From Tabrizicola sp. (GTDB lineage: Bacteria; Pseudomonadota; Alphaproteobacteria; Rhodobacterales; Rhodobacteraceae): 64,000 nucleotides of DNA. The position numbers were made by a program, and so were the translations under genes. The stretch covers positions 49,200 to 113,199 of the forward strand of contig NZ_DAIQAT010000001.1 in assembly GCF_036781545.1 (NCBI RefSeq), in the 5' to 3' direction. This document shows, piece after piece, positions 1 to 9,899 of the stretch. The notes under the pieces were generated by a model. That model ran no database searches and was not told the origin of the DNA. It saw only the letters and a list, made by a program, of their open reading frames with translations. Within the stretch, counting starts at the first letter, position 1; each line of letters starts with the position of its first letter.

Positions 1-2
1 CG

Positions 3-881
3 CTTCTGCGGCATGGCTCGGCGGCACAGAAGGCGGCCTATCTGCCCCGGATCGCCAGCGGCGAGTTGCGCCTGCAGGCCTTTGGCGTGACCGAGCCGAC
101 CTCGGGCACCGACACCGGCGCCCTCAAGACCACGGCCCGGCGCGAAGGCGACCACTTCGTCGTCAATGGCCAGAAAATCTGGACCAGCCGCGCCGAACAT
201 TCCGACCTGATGCTGCTTCTGGCCCGCACCACGCCCTTGGCCGAGGGGATGAAGAAGACCGACGGGCTGTCGGTGATCCTGGTCGACATGGCGGACGCCA
301 AGGACAACGGCCTGACCATCCGCCCGATCCGCACCATGATGAACCATGCCACGACCGAGGTCTTCTTCGACAACCTCCGCGTGCCGGTGGAGAACCTGAT
401 CGGCGAAGAGGGCAAGGGCTTCCGCTATATCCTTTCGGGCATGAACGCCGAGCGCATCCTGATCGCGGCGGAATGCGTCGGCGATGCCAAGTGGTTCCTC
501 GACAAGGCCACGGCCTATGCCAGGGACCGCCATGTATTCGGCCGCGCCATCGGCCAGAACCAGGGCATCCAGTTTCCGCTGGCCAGGGCTTACGCCAACA
601 TGCGCGCCGCCGAGCTGATGGTGCGCGAGGCGCTCAGCCTCTACGAGGCCGGGCAGAATCCGGGAGCCGAGGCGAACATGGCGAAGATGCTGGCGGCCGA
701 CGCCAGTTTCGAGGCGGCGAATGCCTGCATCCAGACCCATGGCGGCTTTGGCTTTGCCGAGGAGTTCGGCATCGAACGCAAGTTCCGCGAGACCCGCCTG
801 TATCAGGTCGCGCCGATCTCGACCAACCTGATCCTCTCTTACCTGGCCGAGCATGTGCTGGGTCTGCCCCGTTCCTACTGA
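3..881 (+). CDS. Acyl-CoA dehydrogenase (5'-truncated by window edge)
   Basis: Frame is open from base 3; motifs FGVTEPTSGTD, VNGQKIWTS, QTHGGFGF..E..IERKFRE are typical of acyl-CoA dehydrogenases. Confidence 0.93.
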   Translation, partial: LLRHGSAAQKAAYLPRIASGELRLQAFGVTEPTSGTDTGALKTTARREGDHFVVNGQKIWTSRAEHSDLMLLLARTTPLAEGMKKTDGLSVILVDMADAKDNGLTIRPIRTMMNHATTEVFFDNLRVPVENLIGEEGKGFRYILSGMNAERILIAAECVGDAKWFLDKATAYARDRHVFGRAIGQNQGIQFPLARAYANMRAAELMVREALSLYEAGQNPGAEANMAKMLAADASFEAANACIQTHGGFGFAEEFGIERKFRETRLYQVAPISTNLILSYLAEHVLGLPRSY

Positions 882-890
882 GGCGACACG

Positions 891-1625
891 ATGAACGTGC
901 TGATCGTCTATGCCCATCCAGAGCCCACCTCGTTCAACGGGGCGATGAAGGACCTGGCCGTCGCCACGCTGACCGAAGGCGGCCACCAGGTCGAGGTCTC
1001 GGACCTTTACGCCATGGGCTGGAACGCGGTCGCGGGGCCTGCCGATACGCCCGGGACTGATGCCCCGCGCTTCAGCCTTGCGCGCGAGCAGACCCTTGCG
1101 ATGGAACAGGGCCGCATCGCCGCCGATATCGCGGCCGAGCAGGAAAAGCTGATCCGCGCCGACATGCTGATCCTGCAGTTCCCGATATGGTGGTTCGGCA
1201 TGCCCGCGATCCTCAAGGGCTGGGCCGACCGCGTCCTCGCCCGGGGCTTCGCCTATCTGCCGGGACGGAAATACGACACCGGCATGTTCAAGGGAAAGCT
1301 TGCGATGGTGGCGACGACGACCGGCACCTCGGCCGACACCTATGCGCCCGATGGGATCGACGGCGATATCCTGACCGTGCTCTGGCCCGTCCACAACGGC
1401 CTCTTGCGCTATACCGGCTTCGATGTCCTGCCACCCCATGTGGCCTACATGCCGGGTCGCGAGGACGATGCCACCCGCGCCCGCCAGTTGCAGGCCTACA
1501 GAACTCGCCTCCAGACCATCGACCAGACGCCGCGCCTTTTCTTCCACCCGGCCGGGGATTACGGCCCGAACGAGCGTCTGAAGCCCGGCGTCCTCGCCCG
1601 GTCGGGACAGCAGCGCAATGTCTGA
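891..1625 (+). CDS. NAD(P)H:quinone oxidoreductase, flavodoxin-2 fold
   Basis: IVYAHPEPTSFN, DLYAMGW, QFPIWWFGMPAILKGWADRV motifs. Confidence 0.9.
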   Translation: MNVLIVYAHPEPTSFNGAMKDLAVATLTEGGHQVEVSDLYAMGWNAVAGPADTPGTDAPRFSLAREQTLAMEQGRIAADIAAEQEKLIRADMLILQFPIWWFGMPAILKGWADRVLARGFAYLPGRKYDTGMFKGKLAMVATTTGTSADTYAPDGIDGDILTVLWPVHNGLLRYTGFDVLPPHVAYMPGREDDATRARQLQAYRTRLQTIDQTPRLFFHPAGDYGPNERLKPGVLARSGQQRNV

Positions 1626-2733
1626 GGGTCCGCTCTCCGGCCTCCTCGTCGTCGCGCTGGAGCAGGCGGTGGCGGCACCCCTCTGCACCGTGCGACTGGC
1701 CGATGCCGGTGCCCGCGTCATCAAGATCGAGCGCGAGGGAGGCGAGACGGCGCGGGGTTATGACAGCACGGTCCACGGGTCCAGCGCCTATTTCGTCTGG
1801 CTGAACCGGGGCAAGGAAAGCGCGGTCCTTGACCTGAAGGGTGCCGATATCGCCCTGCTGTACTCCATGCTGGAGAAGGCCGATGTGCTGGTCCAGAACC
1901 TCGCCCCCGGCGCCTTGGCGCGTCTGGGCCTGACGGCAGAGGTGATAGCCACCCGGTTCCCCCGGCTGATCGCGGTGTCGATCAGCGGCTATGGCCAGGA
2001 CACGGATTATGCGCCGATGCGGGCCTATGATATGCTGGTGCAGGCCGAGAGCGGCATCTGTTCGGTGACAGGCACACCAGAGACGCCCTGCAAGATCGGG
2101 GTCTCGGCTGCCGACATCGCCACGGGGACAAGCGCCCATGCCGCGATCCTGGAGGCGCTGATCGCCCGCGCGCGAACCGGACGCGGCCAGCAGATCGAAA
2201 TCGCCATGTTCGATGCCATGGCCGACTGGATGGCCGTCCCGCTTCTGCACCATGAGCATTCCGGGCGCGACACGGGGCGGCATGGCCTGTCGCACGCCTC
2301 GATCTATCCCTATCGCCCCTTCCCCTGCGCGGATGGCACGCTGATCGTCGCCACGCAGAACAACGCGGAATGGCAAAGGTTCTGCGTTGCGCTGGGCCGT
2401 CCGGATATCGCCGCGCGTGCCGAGTTTGCAACCAATGCGCTGCGGGTCGCGAACCGCGAGGCGCTGGATGCCGAGCTTGAACCGCTCTTTGCCACCCTGA
2501 CCGTGGCAGAGGTCATCGCCCGGATGGAAGCCGCCGCCATCGCCTGGGGCCGCCAGACCGAGGTGCGGGATCTGGGCCGCCACCCCGCCCTGCGCCGGGT
2601 CGAGGTGCAGACCGGCACGGCGACGGTCCTGCTGCCACGTCCGGCGGGCAGGGATGCCCGCTTCCGGCCCGGGCCCGTCCCCGCTCTCGGGGCCGAGACG
2701 GCGCGGATTCGCCGCGAGTTCGGGAAGGGCTGA
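1618..2733 (+). CDS. CaiB/BaiF family III CoA-transferase
   Basis: LEQAVAAP..LADAGARVIKIE, NRGKES.LDLK, DVLVQNLAPG motifs; overlaps the upstream stop. Confidence 0.92.
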   Translation: MSEGPLSGLLVVALEQAVAAPLCTVRLADAGARVIKIEREGGETARGYDSTVHGSSAYFVWLNRGKESAVLDLKGADIALLYSMLEKADVLVQNLAPGALARLGLTAEVIATRFPRLIAVSISGYGQDTDYAPMRAYDMLVQAESGICSVTGTPETPCKIGVSAADIATGTSAHAAILEALIARARTGRGQQIEIAMFDAMADWMAVPLLHHEHSGRDTGRHGLSHASIYPYRPFPCADGTLIVATQNNAEWQRFCVALGRPDIAARAEFATNALRVANREALDAELEPLFATLTVAEVIARMEAAAIAWGRQTEVRDLGRHPALRRVEVQTGTATVLLPRPAGRDARFRPGPVPALGAETARIRREFGKG

Positions 2734-3534
2734 ATGAACCTTGATCATCTTCGCCAATGGATTGGCCGGGAAGAGGTCGTCGAGGATATCCTGACCCCCA
2801 CCCTAGTCTCCCGGTTCAACGCGACTTTCGACCGACAAGACCCAGACCCGGTCCTGATCCACTTCTGCCTTGGCCTGCCGGCCGCCCCGACTTCCGCGCT
2901 GGGCCCCGATGGCCATCCGACGCGCGGCGGCTTCCTGCCCCCCGTGCCCCTGCAGCGGCGCATGTGGGCGGCGGGCAGCGTGACCTTTTTGGCCCCGATC
3001 CCGGTGAACCGCCCGGTCCAGCGCCGGTCCCGTATCAGCGATGTCACGGCCAAGACCGGACGCAGCGGGCCGCTGTGTTTCGTGACCGTCGAGCATCAGC
3101 TTCTCTCTGGCTCGGCCCCTCTGGTCGCCGAGCGTCAGGACATCGTCTATCGCGACCCAATGCCTGCGCTGGACTTGCCTCCTGCCCCTGCGGGGCAGGT
3201 GGTGCGCAAGGTTTCGCCCTCGGCGGTGCTGCTGTTTCGCTACTCGGCACTGACCTTCAACGCCCATCGCATCCATTACGACATGCCCTACGCCCAAGAG
3301 GACGAGGCCTATCCCGGCCTTGTCGTGCAGGGTCCGATGCAGGCGACGCTGCTCTGCCAGATGGCCCAGGATTTGAATGGCACGGCGCCGCGCCAGTTCG
3401 ACTTCCGCAGCCTCGCGCCACTTTTCGCGTCCACGGACTTCACCCTGAACGCCGAAGAAACGCCCGAGGGCTTGCGTCTCTGGACCGCTGCCATCGGCGG
3501 CCCGATGGCAACGGAGGCGCGGGCGCGGTGGTGA
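2734..3534 (+). CDS. Double hot-dog (MaoC/HTD2-like) acyl-CoA hydratase, itaconyl-/mesaconyl-CoA hydratase-like
   Basis: GHPTRGGFLPPVP..RRMWAAG and LFRYSALTFNAHRIHYD..YPGLVVQGP motifs. Confidence 0.85.
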   Translation: MNLDHLRQWIGREEVVEDILTPTLVSRFNATFDRQDPDPVLIHFCLGLPAAPTSALGPDGHPTRGGFLPPVPLQRRMWAAGSVTFLAPIPVNRPVQRRSRISDVTAKTGRSGPLCFVTVEHQLLSGSAPLVAERQDIVYRDPMPALDLPPAPAGQVVRKVSPSAVLLFRYSALTFNAHRIHYDMPYAQEDEAYPGLVVQGPMQATLLCQMAQDLNGTAPRQFDFRSLAPLFASTDFTLNAEETPEGLRLWTAAIGGPMATEARARW

Positions 3535-3748
3535 CGGCCCCTCTTCCGTCCCGACACGCGCCCACGCCCGGCGCGTTGGTGGGAGCAAGATAATGACCTT
3601 CTAGCGCCACAGAATGGTCATGAAGCAGAGATAATCGCGCTTTCAGCGGGTCTCTACAGTCGAGGTCAGACGGTATTCGGTTGGGTGTGTGCAAGGCAAC
3701 GGATCAGGTGCCCGCAACAAGACACACATTCCTGCTGATGGGACCGAA

Positions 3749-6700
3749 ATGCCTCGCACAATCTCCAACGCAATCCGCACCTGCGTCATTGCCCTGAGGG
3801 TATATCTGACTGCGGCACTGCTGGTTGCCATCGGGTTTTCGATCCCGACGCAAGCCCTGTCCCAAAGCGCGACCGTCTCGGCCAGCCCTTCCAGCTTCTC
3901 GTCGGTCGGCCAGCCGATCACGTTCACCTACACGATCAATCCCGGGTCCTACAACATGCTGTCGATCAGCGGGACCTCGCAGATCAAGGGTGTGCCGATC
4001 ACCTGCCCCACCTTGCCCGCCGGCGGTACGATGTCTTCGTTCACTTGCAGCAGCACCTATACGGTCGATAGCCTTGACGACATGTCCGGCACGTTTGCGG
4101 ATTTTGCGGTCTTCACCGGCACGCGAACGGGTGGCAACTTCAACATCACCAGCCCGACCCTGGCCGTTCCGAAATCCGGCGGCGGCCCCGTTGTGATGGA
4201 TGTCAGCGCCTCGCCCAGCCCGGCAACCCCCGGCTCGACGGTCACCGTTTCTGCCACGATTTCCTCGATGGGTTGCAACGCAGGCCTCATGCCCCCCGGA
4301 TCGCTGATCGTGGCGATCGGGTCGGACAGCCGGTCGTTGCCCCTGGTCGCGGATTTTCCCTACAGCACTGGCGACACCGTCAGCTTTACCAGCAACACGC
4401 TGGCTGCCGGGACCTATGCCCTGAGCGCAGCCTATGCAGGCGGCGCCGGATGTGCCGCGGGATCTGCCTCGGGAACCCTGGTGGTCGAGCCCCGTCCCAC
4501 CGTCACCGTGGCCTCCCTTGGCCAGACGGGCAGCGCGCTGCACTTTTCCATCACCTTCAGTGCGCCCGTCACCGGCTTCACGCTGAGTGACATCATCCGC
4601 ACCGCCTCGACCGGCACGCCGGGCTATTCGCTTGCAGGCTCCGGCGCGAGCTATACGCTGACCGCCAACGGCATGACCGCTCCCACCACCATCGGCGTTT
4701 CCGTCGCTGCAAATGTGGCCGGGACCGCTGCCGGCAGTCAGAACCTGTCGTCCGGCAGCCCCGTCTCTGCCACCTTCACCCCGCCGCCCAACCTGACTTC
4801 GGTGTCGCCCAGCACCGGTGCATCCGCGGGCGGAGACAGCGTGACCCTTACCGGACAATACTTCAGCGGGGCCACCGGCGTGACCTTCGGCGGCGCCTCC
4901 GCCACCGGCGTCACGGTGGTAAACGACAGCACCATCACTGCCACGACACCTGCGGGCGCTTCGGGGCCGGTCAGCGTGATCGTGACCACGCCATACGGCT
5001 CGAACACCGCCAACACGCTCTTTGCCTATCGAGATGCCCAGACGATCAGCTTTACCGATCCTGCAGACCGGACCTTCATCGCAAACGACTCCGTGCCGCT
5101 GGTGGCCACCGCCACCTCGGGCCTGACGGTCAGCTTCACCTCGGCCACGCCGACAGTCTGCTCGGTCACGGGTGCGACAGCCACGGTCCTGACCGGGGGC
5201 ATCTGCACCATCAACGCCAACCAGGCCGGAGACGTGGCCTACAACCCCGCGCCCCAGGTCAGCCAGAGCTTCACCATCTCGCCCGCAAGCCAGACGATCA
5301 GCTTCACCGATCCTGCTGACATCTCTCCGTTCGTGCCGAACCAGGCCGTCGCTCTGACAGCCACGGCGACCTCGGGTCTTGCGGTCAGCTTCTCTTCGGC
5401 CACCCCTGCGGTCTGCTCGGTCTCGGGCACCACCGCCACGGTGCTGACCGCAGGCACCTGCTCCATCAACGCGGATCAGGCGGGAAGCATCAGCTACAGC
5501 GCCGCGCCCCAGGTCAGCCAGAGCTTTGATATCTCTCCGGCCGACCAGACGATCAGCTTCACCGATCCCGCGGATACCAGCTTTGTCGCCAACGGGGCCG
5601 TCCCGCTCAGCGCGACGGCCACTTCGGGTCTGGCCGTCAGCTTCAGCTCTTCGACGCCTGCGGTCTGCTCGGTCTCGGGCAGCGACGCGATCATGCTGGC
5701 CACCGGCACCTGCACAATCGCCGCCGATCAGGCCGGGGACATCAGCTACAACCCCGCACCCCAGGTCAGCCAGAGCTTCGTGATCAGCCAGGCGTCGCAG
5801 ACGATCACCTTCACCGGCCCCGCCGATACCAGCTACGTTCCGAACGGGACCGTATCGCTCAGCGCAACGGCAACCTCGGGCCTGACCGTGACCTTCGCCT
5901 CGGATAGCCCCGCAATCTGCTCGGTCTCGGGCAATACGGCGACGATCCTTGCCGCAGGAACCTGCTCCATCGCTGCCGATCAGGCAGGGGATGCGAATTA
6001 CAGCGCCGCGCCGCAGGTCGTTCGCACCTTCGCCATCACCCCGGCGGATCAGACCATCACCTTCACCTCGGCCCCGCCGAGCCCCGCTGTCTATGGCGGC
6101 CAGTACGCCGTTTCGGCCAGTGGCGGCGGTTCCAGCAATCCGGTGACGTTCAGTTCAACCAGCCTTGGCGTCTGCACAGTTTCTGGCAGCACGGTAGATT
6201 TTGTCGGCGTCGGCCTCTGCAGCCTCACGGCCTTCCAGGCTGGAGATGCGAACCATAACGACGGCTCGGCAGACCAGTCCTTCGCTGTCGATCCGCAGCC
6301 GCAGACGATCACCTTCGCACCATTGACGATCGCGCAGGGCTATCCCGGCGGTCCGACCTACGCGGTCTCGGCCACTGGTGGCGCCTCGGGTGAACCCGTC
6401 GTGCTGTCGGTCGATGCCGGTTCGGGCGCAAACTGCTCGCTGTCCGGCAATACCGTGACCTTCCTCGCCGCCGGGACATGCCGCATCAACGCCAACCAGG
6501 CCGGAACCGCGGTCTATGCGGCTGCCGACCAGGCAAGTCTCGACATTCCGGTCGCAAACAATACCGGCCCGACGGCCGATGCCGGGCCTGACCAGACCGG
6601 CATCAGCGAAGGCGCCACCGTCACGCTGGACGGAAGCGGATCCAGCGATCCAGACGCGGGGCAAACGCTGACGTTCAGCTGGGCTCAGGTCTCGGGACCG

Positions 6701-8041
6701 CCGGTAACGCTCTCCTCGATGACCGACGCCCAGCCCAGTTTTACCGCCCCGGCGCTGGTGAATGGCAATGCCTCCGAAACCATCGTCTTCGAGCTTACCG
6801 TCAGCGATGGCGTCGGCGGCACGGACACGGACCAGGTCTCGATCGGTATTGTCGATCTGACGAACCCAACGCTGGTGATCAGCGGGCTTCCTGATGCTGC
6901 GCGCATCGGCCAGCCCTTTACCGTCACGTTCACCTTCAGCGAGACCGTTACCGGTTTCGATGCCGTCGACGTTACCGTCAGCAATGCCAGCCTCGGCGGC
7001 TTTGCAGGCTCCGGCACGACCTACACCGCCACGATCACCCCGGATGGCAATGGCGACGTCAGCGTGACGGTCCCGGCAGGTGTCGCGGCGGACCTTGCCG
7101 GGAACCCGAACGAGGCGGCGGGTGCGACGGCCCCGTTCACCGCCAGCGCCGAGGCGGCTGAACTTGCGGCAAAAGAGGCGGTTGCCCGCAACCGGGCCCT
7201 CATCCAGTCGCAGCCCGATCTGACCCGCTTCCTCACCGGGGCGGGGCGCGGTGGCCTCACCTTCTCGGCCAAGGGCGCGACTGCCAGCTTCGATCTTGAA
7301 ACCGACCCGGACAAACTGCTGTGGCTGCAGTTTTCCGGGCGCTGGGGAACAGGCGATCTTGCGGCGGATCAGTATCTGCACGGCGTTCTTGGTGCCCACC
7401 TGTACCGGACCGACACGTTCATCTTCGGCGCCATGCTGCAGGGTGACCACAGCAAGATGACGGACGGCATCGGCTCGGTCTCCGCGACGGGCTGGCTTGT
7501 CGGCCCCTATATTGTGGCAAGGCCGCAGGGCGGAAAGCTGATCTTCTCGGCTTCGTATCTTGCCGGACGTACCGACCTGTCGATCAGCCCGCTTGGCACC
7601 TATGTGGATAACGTGACCAGCGATCGTCAGTTGATGACCTTGTCGGTGGCGAACGAGATTCAGATGGGCAACACGCTGCTGCTCCCCCGCCTCGATATCG
7701 CCCGGGTGGTCGAGGATCGCCCCGCCTATATCGATGGCCTTGGCGCCCCCGTTCCGGCGGGCAGCCTGACCCTGACCGAGGCCAGTGCCGGGCTGGATTT
7801 CGAAACCTCACTCGTCGTGTCGGATGGAACCTCGCGCTTGACGGGCGGTCTGTCGGCGATCTATTCGCTGACCGACCAGGACGGCGCAAGCGACAACCGC
7901 ACCCGTGGCCGGGTCAGCCTGGGCTGGCTAAGACAATACGACGACGGCCTGACAGTGAACTTCGATGCAAGCTATGACGGGATCGGGGCCTCGGACATCG
8001 GTTCGCTGGGCGTGGATTTCCGGGTATCGCTGGCCTTCTAG
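3749..8041 (+). CDS. Large secreted surface protein: Ig-like/IPT-TIG domains, six ~84-aa repeats, PKD/Big-like domains, C-terminal autotransporter-like beta-barrel
   Basis: Signal-peptide-like N-terminus; Ser/Thr-rich beta domains (VSPSTGASAGGDSVTLTG = IPT; PTADAGPDQ..VTLDGSGSSDPD = PKD-like); ends in alternating beta strand and terminal Phe (FRVSLAF). Start chosen at ATG 3749. Confidence 0.8.
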   Translation: MPRTISNAIRTCVIALRVYLTAALLVAIGFSIPTQALSQSATVSASPSSFSSVGQPITFTYTINPGSYNMLSISGTSQIKGVPITCPTLPAGGTMSSFTCSSTYTVDSLDDMSGTFADFAVFTGTRTGGNFNITSPTLAVPKSGGGPVVMDVSASPSPATPGSTVTVSATISSMGCNAGLMPPGSLIVAIGSDSRSLPLVADFPYSTGDTVSFTSNTLAAGTYALSAAYAGGAGCAAGSASGTLVVEPRPTVTVASLGQTGSALHFSITFSAPVTGFTLSDIIRTASTGTPGYSLAGSGASYTLTANGMTAPTTIGVSVAANVAGTAAGSQNLSSGSPVSATFTPPPNLTSVSPSTGASAGGDSVTLTGQYFSGATGVTFGGASATGVTVVNDSTITATTPAGASGPVSVIVTTPYGSNTANTLFAYRDAQTISFTDPADRTFIANDSVPLVATATSGLTVSFTSATPTVCSVTGATATVLTGGICTINANQAGDVAYNPAPQVSQSFTISPASQTISFTDPADISPFVPNQAVALTATATSGLAVSFSSATPAVCSVSGTTATVLTAGTCSINADQAGSISYSAAPQVSQSFDISPADQTISFTDPADTSFVANGAVPLSATATSGLAVSFSSSTPAVCSVSGSDAIMLATGTCTIAADQAGDISYNPAPQVSQSFVISQASQTITFTGPADTSYVPNGTVSLSATATSGLTVTFASDSPAICSVSGNTATILAAGTCSIAADQAGDANYSAAPQVVRTFAITPADQTITFTSAPPSPAVYGGQYAVSASGGGSSNPVTFSSTSLGVCTVSGSTVDFVGVGLCSLTAFQAGDANHNDGSADQSFAVDPQPQTITFAPLTIAQGYPGGPTYAVSATGGASGEPVVLSVDAGSGANCSLSGNTVTFLAAGTCRINANQAGTAVYAAADQASLDIPVANNTGPTADAGPDQTGISEGATVTLDGSGSSDPDAGQTLTFSWAQVSGPPVTLSSMTDAQPSFTAPALVNGNASETIVFELTVSDGVGGTDTDQVSIGIVDLTNPTLVISGLPDAARIGQPFTVTFTFSETVTGFDAVDVTVSNASLGGFAGSGTTYTATITPDGNGDVSVTVPAGVAADLAGNPNEAAGATAPFTASAEAAELAAKEAVARNRALIQSQPDLTRFLTGAGRGGLTFSAKGATASFDLETDPDKLLWLQFSGRWGTGDLAADQYLHGVLGAHLYRTDTFIFGAMLQGDHSKMTDGIGSVSATGWLVGPYIVARPQGGKLIFSASYLAGRTDLSISPLGTYVDNVTSDRQLMTLSVANEIQMGNTLLLPRLDIARVVEDRPAYIDGLGAPVPAGSLTLTEASAGLDFETSLVVSDGTSRLTGGLSAIYSLTDQDGASDNRTRGRVSLGWLRQYDDGLTVNFDASYDGIGASDIGSLGVDFRVSLAF
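5039..6555 (+). repeat. Six tandem intragenic repeats of 252-255 bp
   Basis: Units start CAGACGATCA/CAGACCATCA at 5039, 5291, 5546, 5798, 6050, 6302; each encodes QTI(S/T)F..C....C..A.QAG. Confidence 0.9.
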
Positions 8042-8241
8042 GCCCCAGCATCGAACGCCGCGTTTTTGGCCGGACCTCTGGCTGTTACCGGCTGCGCCGT
8101 GAGGAAACGCCCAGCGCTTTTGCCTCACGGTGGCAGCCTTAGCAGGAAGCCGCCTGTTCACGATCCCGTTCAGCGAGAAAATCTCGCAAATGGCGGCGAG
8201 CCACTTCTGTTGTTGTGCCCTTGACGCATCGCGCCAGTCTC

Positions 8242-8874
8242 TCAGGCCTTTCCTTCGGCCTTGAGCCCTGCCCAGGTCGGCCGCGCAAGCTCGAACCGGT
8301 CGTGGCTGCGGATATATTCCGACCCGAAGCTCCGGGCGACAAGATCCAGCGCATCGCTTTCGATATGGGCGCGCGCGGGGTCACGCAGGTAGCGATCCTC
8401 GATATGCACCGCCAGCACGCGCCCGATCACCACCGTCTGGCATGGCCCCGTGACAACAGACGAGAGCGCACGGCATTCGAAGGCGACCGGACTATCCGCA
8501 ATCCGGGGCGGGGCGACGTGGTTGCTGGGCAGCGTCGCAAGGCCGGCCAACCGCAATTCATCCACTCCGCGGGGGGCGTCGGCCGCGGTCAGGTTCATCG
8601 CCTGAACCAGCCGCTCCGGCACCAGGTTCACCACGAACTCGCTAGTCTCGAGGATATTCAGCGCGGTATCCTTGAAGCCCCGGCCCGGTGCGGCCATCAG
8701 CCCAAGCGCTATGGTCGGCGGAGCCGAACCCATGACGTTGAAGAAGGAATAGGGCGCGGCGTTGATGCCTTCGCTGCCCTTTGTCACGACCCAGGCGATG
8801 GGCCGGGGGATCACCGTCGCAGCCAGAAGCTTGTAGGCGATGGGTTCGGGAACCTGGTCTAGATCGTAGCGCAT
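8242..8874 (-). CDS. Flavin reductase-like (FMN-binding split barrel) protein
   Basis: VIPRPIAWV, NAAPYSFFN, KDTALNILETSEFVVN, SPVAFEC motifs. Confidence 0.9.
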   Translation of the reverse strand: MRYDLDQVPEPIAYKLLAATVIPRPIAWVVTKGSEGINAAPYSFFNVMGSAPPTIALGLMAAPGRGFKDTALNILETSEFVVNLVPERLVQAMNLTAADAPRGVDELRLAGLATLPSNHVAPPRIADSPVAFECRALSSVVTGPCQTVVIGRVLAVHIEDRYLRDPARAHIESDALDLVARSFGSEYIRSHDRFELARPTWAGLKAEGKA

Positions 8875-9803
8875 CAGGCCCTTCGCACTGCCGGTTTCGC
8901 GCGGGTGTCCACGGTCAGCTGGAACACATCGGGCCTGGCGTAATGACCGGTCACATCGAAATCGAACTTGGCGCCCATCACCTCGTCCGGATTGATCTCC
9001 GCGTAAAGGATCGTCTCGCCGCTGAAGTCCGGGCCGGCCAGCACGCGCCCAAGCGGGGAAACGATGGCCGATCCGCCCCGCATCATCACGCGGTCGGGCT
9101 CATCCCCCAACGCGCTTTCATGGTCGGGTCCATAGGCCGCCCGGGTGATGTGCTGGCAGGCGGTCAGCACGAAGGTCCGTCCCTCCAGCGCGATGTGCTG
9201 CATTGTCGGAAGCCAGGTGTCGCGGTCATCGGCAGTTGGCGCGCAATAGAGGCTGACGCCCTGATGGTACATGTGCATCCGCAGGGCGGGCATGTAGTTC
9301 TCCCAGCAGATCACCGCGCCGATGGTGCCGAGATCGGTCTGGAAGACCGGCATGGTCGATCCATCGCCAAAGCCCCAGATCAGCCGTTCGCCTGCGGTCG
9401 GCATCAGCTTGCGGTGCTTGCCGACCAGCCCCTTGTCGCCGTCAAAGTAAAGAACCGTGCAATAGAGGGTCGCGCCCTCGCGTTCGATCACGCCGATGAC
9501 AGCGAAGACCCCGGTCTCGGCGCAGGCCTCGCTCAGGCAGGCGAGCTCGGGGCCGTCGAGGTCGATGGCGGCGGCGTGGTAGCGGGCGAAGGCTTCGCGG
9601 CCCTCGGGTTTGCGCATCCCGATGGGCGCGCCAAAGCTTGCGCCCTTCGGATAGCCCCCGATCAGCGCCTCGGGGAAGACCACCAGCTTTGCGCCATTGG
9701 CGGCGGCCTCGCGCAGGCGGGCGGCGGCCTTTTCTGCGGTGGCCATCGGGTCGGCGGGAATCGAGGCGATCTGGACGACGGCGGCGGTGAAGGAGGCGGA
9801 CAT
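8874..9803 (-). CDS. Nitrilase (carbon-nitrogen hydrolase family)
   Basis: Glu-Lys-Cys triad motifs FPEA, HRKLMPT, ICWENYMP; C-terminal DVTGHYARPDVF. Confidence 0.92.
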   Translation of the reverse strand: MSASFTAAVVQIASIPADPMATAEKAAARLREAAANGAKLVVFPEALIGGYPKGASFGAPIGMRKPEGREAFARYHAAAIDLDGPELACLSEACAETGVFAVIGVIEREGATLYCTVLYFDGDKGLVGKHRKLMPTAGERLIWGFGDGSTMPVFQTDLGTIGAVICWENYMPALRMHMYHQGVSLYCAPTADDRDTWLPTMQHIALEGRTFVLTACQHITRAAYGPDHESALGDEPDRVMMRGGSAIVSPLGRVLAGPDFSGETILYAEINPDEVMGAKFDFDVTGHYARPDVFQLTVDTRAKPAVRRA

Positions 9804-9820
9804 GGGAGACCTCGGCGCTT

Positions 9821-9882
9821 GGGGGAAGCCCCGGGGGTTTCACACCCCCGGGCCCCCGTGGGATACTGATGGACAGAAAATG
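9821..9882 (+). repeat. REP-like short palindromic element (copy A)
   Basis: Hairpin CCGGGGGT-TTCAC-ACCCCCGG, then C-run, GGATACT and purine tail; same layout as 20990 and 23388. Confidence 0.6.
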
Positions 9883-9899
9883 CCGGGAGGGGCTTCCCG

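Noticed and set aside
5039..6555. Periodic repeats as a possible CRISPR array
   Set aside because: In-frame 252-bp protein repeats with no repeat-spacer structure and no cas genes
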